A DNA stretch of 64,000 nt from Candidatus Eiseniibacteriota bacterium (GCA_963703225.1 OY969801.1:2880001-2944000); one strand, 5' to 3'; counted from the stretch's first letter, positions 9,104 through 17,416 are shown. Translations and numbers: made by a program. Notes: generated by a model from the letters alone, not told the origin.

Positions 9104-12100
9104 TCACCTCAGCAGCGTTGCTCGCACTGTGCGCTGCTGGCCTCCATAGGTCAGTCGGCACCAATACACTCCGGCTCCGGCCGTGCTGCCGCTCCTTGTA
9201 GTTCCATCCCACGGGACTTCGTAGATCCCGCCGGGGGACTCCTGGTTAACTAGTTCGCGCACCATCCGGCCCCTCACGTCGTAGATCCGTAGCGATACGT
9301 GCTCTGGCCCGTCCCCACCCGGGAGCGTATACCGGAAGATGGTTCTCGGGTTGAAGGGGTTTGGCGTATTCTGATGCAGTATCAGATGGGTCGGACCTGC
9401 TACGCTTACCTGTACTCCCACCGGTACGTTACCGACGCCGCAGAACATAGCGTGTTCTCGAAATACACCCTGAGATTTCAGCCGCCAATCCGGGTCACAA
9501 CACCAGAGGCTCAAGTACCAGCTCTCGAAGTCGCAGATCGTGCGGATCGTGCCCACATTGTAGCGGAGGACCGCCTCTAGGACCGTCCCGTAGCCTCCAA
9601 AAAGGCTGTCCCCGAAGGCATCTCCATCGGGATTGTCGGGGACATTGTCCTGGAGATCCCACAGTGTCGCGCCAATCGCTATCTGGTTCAGCGGACCTGC
9701 CTCATTGCGGTCAAAGGGCGGACCCTCAGCCGCGCCGGTACTGTCATAGATGCTAACACTTCCCCTCTCGAGGTCGAGCGTGTAATGCCTGAGGGTACCG
9801 TTGGGGTCCCGCCCATAGTTGTCGCCCAGCGGCGAAACCAGTCCGATGCCACCGCCGATGAACGAAGCCCAACCCTCATCCCATGCGTTACGAAGACTTC
9901 TTGAAGGGTCAGTCATGATATTGGGGGAAGCGATGCTGTCCGTTGGCATCGAGAATCCCCCGAGCGTCCAAAGAACATGGTGCCCGTACTCGTGGGCGAT
10001 GACGTACCGATCCCACTCGTCCGGCTGGAACCCCTCCTTGTTTGCTTGTCCGTTTATCCGAATCGTCGCCGTAGGAGGGTCATAGGAAGACACGAATGTG
10101 TACCCCGGAACCCATCGCACGTTAACGGGTCCTGGCGAACCGTACTGGCTCCGAAACTGGTGCCCAAAGTACACCCACGCGCGTCGGACCGTGTCAAAGA
10201 TATGCGCGGCGCTGCGCCCCTCGTACGTCGTAGGTTTCCGCATGCCAAAATCGTAGGTTGCGTTGGCCATATTCGTGACGGTGGGGGTGTTGTAGCTCCA
10301 GATTTGTTCGGAACCTCCCACTTTCATGACGACGGCCCATTGATCCGCGTAACTCGGATCCCAACACCGCTCATGGGCTCTATGGCCCCATCGCACGAAC
10401 ACGTCGAGGATCGCGTCCCCGCCGGCGGGTGGGGTCGCGTCCAGGTTCGTTATCGGCCCAAGCTGGAACGAGCCGTCGGCACCCAGGACACCCGTCGCTA
10501 GGAGCGAGTCGACGGTGTCATCGTGCCACACCTCGACGACCGCGCATTCCGTATAGGTCTCCGCCCAGCCATGGAGCGAGTCGTCATAGGCAAATCGACC
10601 TCGCACGGTGAACACCCCCGCCTGCCAATTGATACTCAGCGGGCCACCGACATTATTGCCTTCCGCACTCTCTCCAACTATGCCTGTGGCGTCGAGCAGC
10701 ACATAGGTCTGCCAAAGCGCGACGATCCCGTTCGCTACCTTGAAGGTTACCGTCGTCTCACCGCCGGGACCGAGCAGTCCCACCGGCTTGCTCACGTCGG
10801 CCGGATCGTTCGTAGTGGGAACTGAGGATCTGTTCTTGTAGAGCCCAACAAGAAATCCGTTCGTCGAGACGTTCCCGCCGTTCTTCACCTTGACGGTTAC
10901 GGTGATCGAGTCGCCCAGGCTCGGGTAGGCGTTGTCTACGGCAATCGGAAGCGGCAGGAACAGATCAGGAGTTCCCGGTGGGTTCCAGTAGAAGGTCTGC
11001 GGAAATGTGTTGTCGAGTTCGTTAGACTCTTGGACATCACCTAAGTAGTCGAGATCGATCGTCAGAGTCTTGTTCCCAGAAGTAGTAATGAACACGGGAT
11101 AATCCTCGAGCTTCACTTCCTCGCCAGCGGCGACGCTCGTGAAGGTTCGCGCGTCCACAGAGCTTCCTACGATGTACCGCATGTTGAAACCTGATGCTGG
11201 ATCATTCCCTGAGTTGCGCCAGGCCCAATCGACGTAGGCCGTCTGTCCCGCGGTGAGTGTCGAAGTTGTGTGAGTGAAGGGCTGACTGGAAACCACGATT
11301 GGCCCGTCCCAACCATCGGGAGTAAATGCGGTCAGGTTGGGTCTGACAAAGGGATTCCCGTAAACGTCCACATCGTCGATGTACGCCCAGCCGTTGGTAT
11401 TGCTATCGCCATCACTCGTAAACTCGAAGAGAAATGCGAGGGTATCGGCCTGATGGGAACTGTTGGAAATGATGGCTGTTTGCCAGTAGATCCAGCCTCC
11501 CGAACTCCCACCAAAGCTCTTCAGGACGTACCACTCGGCGGTTGGATAGTTGTACCGCCAGACTCGGATGGAATCTCCACTCCCTAGATTGTAATTCGCG
11601 CCGAAGCCAATGAAATGCGATGTGTAGTCCCTCATGAGAAACGCATACTCGGGGTAGAGATCAGATCCCTGGTAAACGTCGTACTGACCGCACGGCCGAT
11701 CCGAGTCTCCGGCTCCGCTTGCGCTGAACAATCCGGTGCGAGGGTCGGAGCAAGGCCATGCTCTGGCGGCCCACTTGTCCTCGCCTCCTGCTGGCTGATA
11801 GTCATACGTGATCCAGTTGCGATTCGGATCGCAGTTGAGCGCGCCGCATTCGAACCCATCCGACCACACCTTCACCAGGGACGAGGCGTTTGCCCCATCT
11901 GCATCAATCCAGTCCGAGCCGAGCTTCAAGGTGTTATCACCATCGGCGCCCGCGCAAGCTGAACCAAATGCCGTGATGTAGGTGGCGTTGAGCGGGGTTC
12001 CGGACGCCACGCTTAGGGAGGGCTGGCCGGATGCCACAGTGAGTTGCAGCGTGCCAATCTTGTACGTCCCAGGGGACAACGCCGAGGCGCCACCGTACCC

Positions 12101-12505
12101 GTTTCGATACTCGGTTGGACTTGTGGCCAACCCGAAGGTCGTGGTCATGGAAGTCATGTGATTGACGTAGGTTCCCCAATTGATCGTGCCACCGTTGGCG
12201 TGGAGAATGAACTCGTAGGAGACAACTGACATCGCTGTGGCTGGCGAAGTCGGCACGGTGGGGGATTGTGCAGCCATTGGGGGTGCTCCTCCCCCGCCCC
12301 CGCAGACGGCCTGCGAGCCATTCCGGTTTGTATCCGTCCAGAGCCAGATGTCGAGTGTCGTCGCTCCGATCGCGTTCAACGTATCGGCGGCAGTGCTTTG
12401 CCCGTCACCATTGGTGTCCAGAAACATGTACTGGGCAGAGGCACGATCAGCAAGCACACCGAAGGCTGCAAAGGCCCCCAGCATGACGGCGGCAGCGAGT
12501 CTCAT
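9104..12505 (-). CDS. large secreted multidomain protein: two CARDB-like Ig domains, HExxH metallopeptidase-like domain, C-terminal FlgD-Ig/sorting domain
   Basis: Signal peptide ending ASA-Q; CARDB-type ESNELDN and ESAEGNN; VIAHEYGH...AWDEGWA; QNTPNPFNP..IYDVRGRMVREL..WDG..GVYWCRL; GGAGGAG RBS. Confidence 0.85.
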   Translation of the reverse strand: MRLAAAVMLGAFAAFGVLADRASAQYMFLDTNGDGQSTAADTLNAIGATTLDIWLWTDTNRNGSQAVCGGGGGAPPMAAQSPTVPTSPATAMSVVSYEFILHANGGTINWGTYVNHMTSMTTTFGLATSPTEYRNGYGGASALSPGTYKIGTLQLTVASGQPSLSVASGTPLNATYITAFGSACAGADGDNTLKLGSDWIDADGANASSLVKVWSDGFECGALNCDPNRNWITYDYQPAGGEDKWAARAWPCSDPRTGLFSASGAGDSDRPCGQYDVYQGSDLYPEYAFLMRDYTSHFIGFGANYNLGSGDSIRVWRYNYPTAEWYVLKSFGGSSGGWIYWQTAIISNSSHQADTLAFLFEFTSDGDSNTNGWAYIDDVDVYGNPFVRPNLTAFTPDGWDGPIVVSSQPFTHTTSTLTAGQTAYVDWAWRNSGNDPASGFNMRYIVGSSVDARTFTSVAAGEEVKLEDYPVFITTSGNKTLTIDLDYLGDVQESNELDNTFPQTFYWNPPGTPDLFLPLPIAVDNAYPSLGDSITVTVKVKNGGNVSTNGFLVGLYKNRSSVPTTNDPADVSKPVGLLGPGGETTVTFKVANGIVALWQTYVLLDATGIVGESAEGNNVGGPLSINWQAGVFTVRGRFAYDDSLHGWAETYTECAVVEVWHDDTVDSLLATGVLGADGSFQLGPITNLDATPPAGGDAILDVFVRWGHRAHERCWDPSYADQWAVVMKVGGSEQIWSYNTPTVTNMANATYDFGMRKPTTYEGRSAAHIFDTVRRAWVYFGHQFRSQYGSPGPVNVRWVPGYTFVSSYDPPTATIRINGQANKEGFQPDEWDRYVIAHEYGHHVLWTLGGFSMPTDSIASPNIMTDPSRSLRNAWDEGWASFIGGGIGLVSPLGDNYGRDPNGTLRHYTLDLERGSVSIYDSTGAAEGPPFDRNEAGPLNQIAIGATLWDLQDNVPDNPDGDAFGDSLFGGYGTVLEAVLRYNVGTIRTICDFESWYLSLWCCDPDWRLKSQGVFREHAMFCGVGNVPVGVQVSVAGPTHLILHQNTPNPFNPRTIFRYTLPGGDGPEHVSLRIYDVRGRMVRELVNQESPGGIYEVPWDGTTRSGSTAGAGVYWCRLTYGGQQRTVRATLLR

Positions 12506-12652
12506 GCTGAGATCTCCTCCCGATGATCGCTTGAACAGCCGTTCTCTGTCTTGAATACACTCATGAGGCTCTGACTCTTGTCCCCGCTCCCCATCGCACT
12601 TGCGACCGCCCGTACTGAAGCACAAGACGAGGTACAGACCGTTAGCACGAAA

Positions 12653-12678
12653 ATGGTCTACGTCCTGGCATAGACCAT
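12653..12678. promoter_or_regulatory. candidate operator: 8-bp inverted repeat
   Basis: atggtcta-N10-tagaccat upstream of the secreted-protein gene, with extra half-sites at 12635 and 12683. Confidence 0.4.
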
Positions 12679-12700
12679 CGCCTAGACCGGCTCACGTGAC

Positions 12701-13423
12701 CTAGCGTTCACCAGGCGGCGATCGGCGTACGACATGGAGCACTGGATTCAACGAGCGGAGCCGGAAAGCCGCATCTTCCCGGCGATGTGTCGCGAGCTTT
12801 CGGAGAATGTGGTGCACGTGGTTCTTTACCGTAGCGGCCTCGATCCCGAGCCGGGCCGCGATCTCCTTGTTCGTCAGGCCCTCCTCCAGGCTTCGCGCGA
12901 TCTGTAGTTCGCGCGGGCTCAAGCCATGGACAACCGGCGGCGTCTTCGCCGGCTCGCCAGCCGCATGGACGCGCCGTACGAGTGCTGCCGCGACTCGGGG
13001 CGGGCATGCGAACTCTCCCCGAACCGCGGCCCGGATGGCGTCGAGCACTCCCTCCCTGTTGGCATCATGGGCAATGAGGCCCGTGAGACCACACTCAAAG
13101 AGAGTGATGATCTCGGGCTCACTCTCGCCGCGATTCAGCGCGATAATGGATGTCGACGGCACGGCTGCGTGCACCCATCGTATGAAAGCAACTAGGCTTT
13201 CATGCGAAAGGTCCGCAAGGAGTACATCGGGACGCACACGATTGAATTGCTCGAAGCTCTTGCCGTCTCCATCGCCCAAATCAGTTGCGACGAGACCCGG
13301 CGCATTCTCAAGCGTTCCGAGAATCGCCTCGCGGTGGACGCGCGTGTAGACCACAACGCCTACGGTCGTGGACGGGTGTTGCGGAGGCATAGTGCTGGCG
13401 TCTCGGGTCCGTGCCTTTCGCAT
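12701..13423 (-). CDS. NarL/LuxR family response regulator with atypical receiver
   Basis: LSPRELQI...GLTNKEIAARLGIEAATVKNHVHHILRKL HTH; PDVLLAD receiver remnant. Confidence 0.85.
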   Translation of the reverse strand: MRKARTRDASTMPPQHPSTTVGVVVYTRVHREAILGTLENAPGLVATDLGDGDGKSFEQFNRVRPDVLLADLSHESLVAFIRWVHAAVPSTSIIALNRGESEPEIITLFECGLTGLIAHDANREGVLDAIRAAVRGEFACPPRVAAALVRRVHAAGEPAKTPPVVHGLSPRELQIARSLEEGLTNKEIAARLGIEAATVKNHVHHILRKLATHRREDAAFRLRSLNPVLHVVRRSPPGER

Positions 13424-13785
13424 CCTTCCCCCCGCATTCCAGCGGCTTCGTGAGGCGATTCTGATGTAGGGGTGGAACCTTCGACCGAAGCAAGAAGCAT
13501 TAGAGAGGCCAGACCCGTGCCTGGCCTAGGCAGAATCCCATTGGAGCCTGCAGCTGAAGATCTTAGGGAGGTTCCCTAGGGATACAAAGGCCGAGGCGGG
13601 GCGAGTTGTGTCAATCAAGGTGCAGGACAGTGACGCCCCTCGTTGACGGTCATGGCTTTGCGGCGGATGACTCGAAGTCTAGGCGCGGAGGGCAGGGCCA
13701 AGTGACCAAGCCACGGTGGTCGAATCTTCAATCTCAAAACTGCCGAGCGAGCTCGATCCGCCTCGACATGGCGTCTTTCGTCCAA

Positions 13786-14134
13786 AGGACGACTGCTGGA
13801 CAGTTGCGCGCACAACGGAGGACGAGCTCGCGCACTTGGCGCGCCAAGCGGCATTTCAGCGGCATGTTTTGGGCCCAAAATCGCGCTTCTCATGGAAGGG
13901 CGCGACCGAGGCACTGCTCGTAGCCTCTAGAACTGCGCGCATTTGCGCGGAATTGCACCGCGATCGCCATGCGGCATTCCCCTCTCCGGGGGCGCAAAAC
14001 ATGCCGCATGAACGCACCGAGGCGGCCCCAAACCCTCGCATTTCTGCACCGAAGGAGCTAAAACCGAGACCATTTCCGCACCCAAACGGCCCAAGGGCCG
14101 AGTATTTCCGCACCGGCCGGAAGTTGGCAGAGGC
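13786..14134. repeat. non-coding region with ~32-bp periodic repeats and palindromes
   Basis: at(ttc/gaa)(c/t)gcacc at 14008/14040/14072/14104; 14-bp palindromes at 13803/13835/13867/13931; 13-bp IR at 13859-13871/13995-14007. Confidence 0.65.
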
Positions 14135-14206
14135 GCTCCGAGATCTACGCCGGGAATCCCCCGGCGAGAGAGACTATCGATCGCGCGCGCCTCCGCAGAG
14201 GGAACA

Positions 14207-14436
14207 GCAGAGAGCCCGAGAGGAAGAGAGCCATTTCGATGAAGCGAATGAACGTGAATCGTGTGAATGGAGGAATATGACCACGAAGGCGGCGACGAGT
14301 CAGGCGGCGAGCCAAGGACGCCCATCGCGCAACTCCGCAACACGTCGCCACAAGGCCGAAGGCCCCGGCAGCTCTCGCCACCGAGGCCCTGTATCTTGAG
14401 TGCGAGCCTCTCCGGTTCGCACTTTCATTTGGCTCC
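14207..14436. repeat. cassette-end signature copy R3, joined to the intact tRNA-Asn
   Basis: AGAGAGCC at 14209/14225, hairpin 14361-14387, hairpin 14399-14423, then the tRNA 3' end. Confidence 0.85.
14361..14387 (-). terminator. GNRA-loop hairpin downstream of tRNA-Asn (candidate terminator)
   Basis: Minus strand GGCCTCGGTGGC-GAGA-GCTGCCGGGGCC; G-U pairs work only on the minus strand; U tract is short. Confidence 0.5.
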
Positions 14437-14504
14437 TGAGGTAGGATTCGAACCTACAACCCTCCGGTTAACAGCCGGATGCTCTACCATTGAGCTACTC
14501 AGGA
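14430..14504 (-). tRNA. tRNA-Asn (GTT)
   Basis: Cloverleaf TCCTGAG...CTGTTAA...TTCGAAT...CTCAGGAGCCA; CCA encoded. Confidence 0.97.
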
Positions 14505-14604
14505 ATTGGGCGCTGGCTCGGGCCCCCGGTTGTCGCCGTGGACCCGCACAACCTGCTGCACATCAATAACTTACAATCTCGCCGCTGCAAGACTTGAGCC
14601 GCTG

Positions 14605-14633
14605 AGTTTACTCCAAGCGGGCCCACGCCGCAA
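14605..14633 (-). promoter_or_regulatory. candidate sigma70 promoter for tRNA-Asn
   Basis: TTGCGG-N17-TAAACT. Confidence 0.5.
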
Positions 14634-14686
14634 CCACTCCGGGCGGGGTTAGTGCCCCCCTGGGGCACCGCCACGCGTAGCCCCCG

Positions 14687-15514
14687 CTAACCCTTACCCC
14701 TCGTGATCGCGACGAGCGCCGCGACCATGATCCCGGCGCCGACGATGCCGCGTAGGGCGGGCGCCCGGAGCCGCTTCGAAAGCGCGGTGCCGATTAACAC
14801 ACCGGGAATGGAGCCGAGGCAAGTCCCGGCCACTAGCGCTCCATCGACATGACCCAGCGCGGCATGCGTTACGCCGGAGACGATCAGCGTCAGGAGTCCC
14901 GCCAGGAGCGCGGCCCCCACCGCGCGATGCGCCGCGATTCCAAGGGGCCCAGCGAGGACGCTCACGAAGAGCGTTCCGGTCCCGATGCTGGTGAGGCCTG
15001 CGATGAAACCGACCCCGGCGCCGAGTAATCCGACCGTAGTGGGTGCCGGATCGGTGCCCCTGGCCGAAACTCCTCCGCCTTCCCCACCCTTCCACCGCGC
15101 GTGCGCCGCCTGCACTGCCAAATGAGCGCCGACTATGATCAGCACGAACGAGACGATGGGCCTGAGCGCGGCGCCGCTCAACTTGCTGCTCGCCAGCGCA
15201 CCGGCCACGGCGAGCGGGATCGCGCCGGCCGCCATCGCGAGGCCCAAGCCGCGCTCGTTCAACTGAAAACGCCTCCGGCTCCACACGCCCACGAGCTTCA
15301 TCGCGACCGCCTGGATCGTCGCCGATCCCACGATGATCTGGGGCCGCACCTCGGGGTAGAGCACCAGGAGCAACGCGGCAATCACCGATCCGGCACCCAC
15401 GCCGGTCAGCCCGACCAGCGTTCCTCCCACCAACCCCACACCTGTCGCCGGCAAGAGCGCGCCTGCGCCGGCCGCTAGCCCCGCACCAACCACATCACCC
15501 ACGCCCGCCATCAT
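14687..15514 (-). CDS. TauE/SafE family (sulfite exporter-like) membrane protein
   Basis: GLTGVGAGS and GLTSIGTG repeats, GSIPGVLIG; ATGA overlap with the upstream stop. Confidence 0.85.
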   Translation of the reverse strand: MMAGVGDVVGAGLAAGAGALLPATGVGLVGGTLVGLTGVGAGSVIAALLLVLYPEVRPQIIVGSATIQAVAMKLVGVWSRRRFQLNERGLGLAMAAGAIPLAVAGALASSKLSGAALRPIVSFVLIIVGAHLAVQAAHARWKGGEGGGVSARGTDPAPTTVGLLGAGVGFIAGLTSIGTGTLFVSVLAGPLGIAAHRAVGAALLAGLLTLIVSGVTHAALGHVDGALVAGTCLGSIPGVLIGTALSKRLRAPALRGIVGAGIMVAALVAITRGKG

Positions 15515-16767
15515 CCCCGCCACTTCATTCTGGTTGGTGCCGTAGGGTCTCGAAGCACCCAGGTCTTCATCTGCCTCATGTAGCCGGCGTGCCCCACCAA
15601 CGAGTCGTACGAGAACAACGCGATCCCATCAACGCCCAGCCTCCGCGCGATCCGGATCTTCTCGGCGGCGTCGCGCGCGCCTTCGTTGTAGAGCGCGATC
15701 CCGGCGTAGACGTGGCGCTCGGTGGGAATCGACAGCGCCGCGGCGATCTGGCGCTGCACGATGGGAGTGCTGGTGCCATAGCACATCGGTATCACGGCAT
15801 CGACGATCCCCTCGCGGAGCCACGTGGGCCAGTCCTGGCCATGGCGGTTGAGCGCCGCGTTTTGGTCCGCGATGACCGCCGCCGTGAGCTTCAACTTCCG
15901 GCGCGTGAGATCCAGGTCGCGCCTTAAGTCGCGCACCAGATCGGTGATCTGGTCGCGCTTCCACTGGATCCACCGCGCGCGCAAGTCGGGAATCTGCTCG
16001 GCGCCGATGACGTCTAAGAGAGACGAGTCGGGGTTCTCGATCTGGATCGGGTCGATCCCAAATTCCTGCTGAAACGCGGTGCGCGTCGCGCCGTCGTAGC
16101 CCACGGCGGGCTCGGGGTAGCGGACGTAGTCGAGATGGATCCCGTCCACGTCGTAGCGGCTCACGATCTCCCGCACGATCTCCCGCAGATGCCGCTTCAC
16201 ATTGGGGTTTCCCGGCGCGAGATACATTCCCTCGAGCTTCTGATCCTCAAAGTCCTCCGGAAGCATCTCCACGAGGCGCCTTCCGTCCGCGCGGACCGAA
16301 ATCCAATCGGGATGAGCGTTGACGACGTGGAGCGGCGAGCGCGGCAGCTCTCCGGCCGACCAGACCAGGTAGACGTTGATCCAGGCTTGGACCTCGAGCC
16401 CCTGGGCGTGGGCGCGGCGGATGATCCGGTCGAGCGGGTCGAAGTCGGGGGAAGTCGCTTCCAGTTCCTCCGCGCGGGGCGTGATCTCGGAGCGGAAATA
16501 GGCATCGCCGCGGCCGCGGACCTGGACCAGCAGCGTGTTGATGTTGAGCTGGGAGGCGACCTCCACGACCTCGTCGACGCGGCCGGGCGTGCTGATGGCG
16601 TGCCGGACCACCCAGAGGGCGCGGGTCTCTTCGCCGGCGGGTGGGGCGGCCGCCGCGGGGGGCGCGCGCAGTGCTAGGGCCACCGACAGCGCTCCGGCCA
16701 GAGCCGCGGCCGCTGCGCAAATGAAAAACGCCGACGCTCGACGCGCCGGCGCGAACCCTCTCTTCAC
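15511..16767 (-). CDS. glycoside hydrolase-like family 10 (YddW/DigH-like) exported protein
   Basis: ETRALWV, QVRGRGDAYF, FDPL..AHAQGLEVQAWIN, YDVDGIHLDYVRYP, QDWPTWL; GTG start after rplQ with a signal peptide. Confidence 0.85.
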   Translation of the reverse strand: MKRGFAPARRASAFFICAAAAALAGALSVALALRAPPAAAAPPAGEETRALWVVRHAISTPGRVDEVVEVASQLNINTLLVQVRGRGDAYFRSEITPRAEELEATSPDFDPLDRIIRRAHAQGLEVQAWINVYLVWSAGELPRSPLHVVNAHPDWISVRADGRRLVEMLPEDFEDQKLEGMYLAPGNPNVKRHLREIVREIVSRYDVDGIHLDYVRYPEPAVGYDGATRTAFQQEFGIDPIQIENPDSSLLDVIGAEQIPDLRARWIQWKRDQITDLVRDLRRDLDLTRRKLKLTAAVIADQNAALNRHGQDWPTWLREGIVDAVIPMCYGTSTPIVQRQIAAALSIPTERHVYAGIALYNEGARDAAEKIRIARRLGVDGIALFSYDSLVGHAGYMRQMKTWVLRDPTAPTRMKWRG

Positions 16768-16783
16768 GAAACCGAACGCGGCG

Positions 16784-17416
16784 TCAGTCGCCGCTCTTCC
16801 CTCGCTGGCGCGCGCGGGTGGTCGGCTTGGGGGCCATGGGAACGCCCTTTTTCCCGAACTTGTCGCCGCGTGAAGGCTTGGGCGCGCGCTCCTTCTTCGG
16901 AGCCTCCACGGCCGCAGCCCCCTCACCCTTTGCCGCCGCATCACCCTTCGCCGCCGCCTCGCCCTTGGCCGCCTTCGCAGCCTTCCCGCCCGCCTTCGCG
17001 GCCGACTTGGCAGCCTTGGCCGCCTCCTCAGCCTCCTTCTTGAGCCGCTCCTTCACCTCGGGCGACTTGATCAGCTCGAGGAGCGCCATCTCGCCGGCGT
17101 CACCCAGCCGCCGTCCGATCCGGATGATCCGCGTGTAACCGCCGTTTCGCTCTTCGTACCAGGGCGCCACGGTATCGAACAGCTTCCTCACGACGTCATC
17201 GCCGTGCACGAAGCGCGCGACATGCCGCCGGGCCGCCACGTCCCCACGCTTGGCGAACGTGATCATCCGCTCTCCAAGGCGGCGCGCTTCCTTGGCCTTG
17301 GCGACCGTCGTCTCGATCCGCTCGTGCTGGAAGAGCGACGTCACCAAATTCCGAAGCAATGCCCTCCGGTGGGAGTGCGTTCGGCTGAGCTTTCTATGAT
17401 CCTTGCGATGACGCAT
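16784..17416 (-). CDS. rplQ: 50S ribosomal protein L17 with long Ala/Lys C-terminal tail
   Basis: MRHRK...[10 protein letters not shown]...GGYTRI. Confidence 0.97.
   Translation of the reverse strand: MRHRKDHRKLSRTHSHRRALLRNLVTSLFQHERIETTVAKAKEARRLGERMITFAKRGDVAARRHVARFVHGDDVVRKLFDTVAPWYEERNGGYTRIIRIGRRLGDAGEMALLELIKSPEVKERLKKEAEEAAKAAKSAAKAGGKAAKAAKGEAAAKGDAAAKGEGAAAVEAPKKERAPKPSRGDKFGKKGVPMAPKPTTRARQRGKSGD

Larger units (their letters stand above)
6186..14436. mobile_element. ~8.25 kb island integrated at the tRNA-Asn 3' end, no recognisable integrase
   Basis: Flanked by direct repeats of the tRNA 3' end plus its downstream flank; accessory cargo; lower GC than the core region. Confidence 0.75.

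Noticed and set aside
14007..14134. CRISPR interpretation of the 32-bp periodic repeats
   Set aside because: Repeat is only ~11 nt, spacers resemble each other, and no cas genes are present
14238..14270. Clustered TGAA words
   Set aside because: Irregular spacing; not shared with the other end copies
13716..14399. 227-aa plus-strand ORF leading into the att site, considered as a recombinase
   Set aside because: No serine- or tyrosine-recombinase motifs; it overlaps repeats and looks like translated non-coding DNA
16768..16944. 5' extensions of ORF-track calls (GHL10 here; likewise ispD, ddl, rplD, rplE, mlaD)
   Set aside because: They overlap upstream genes; downstream starts with an RBS or coupled stops fit better
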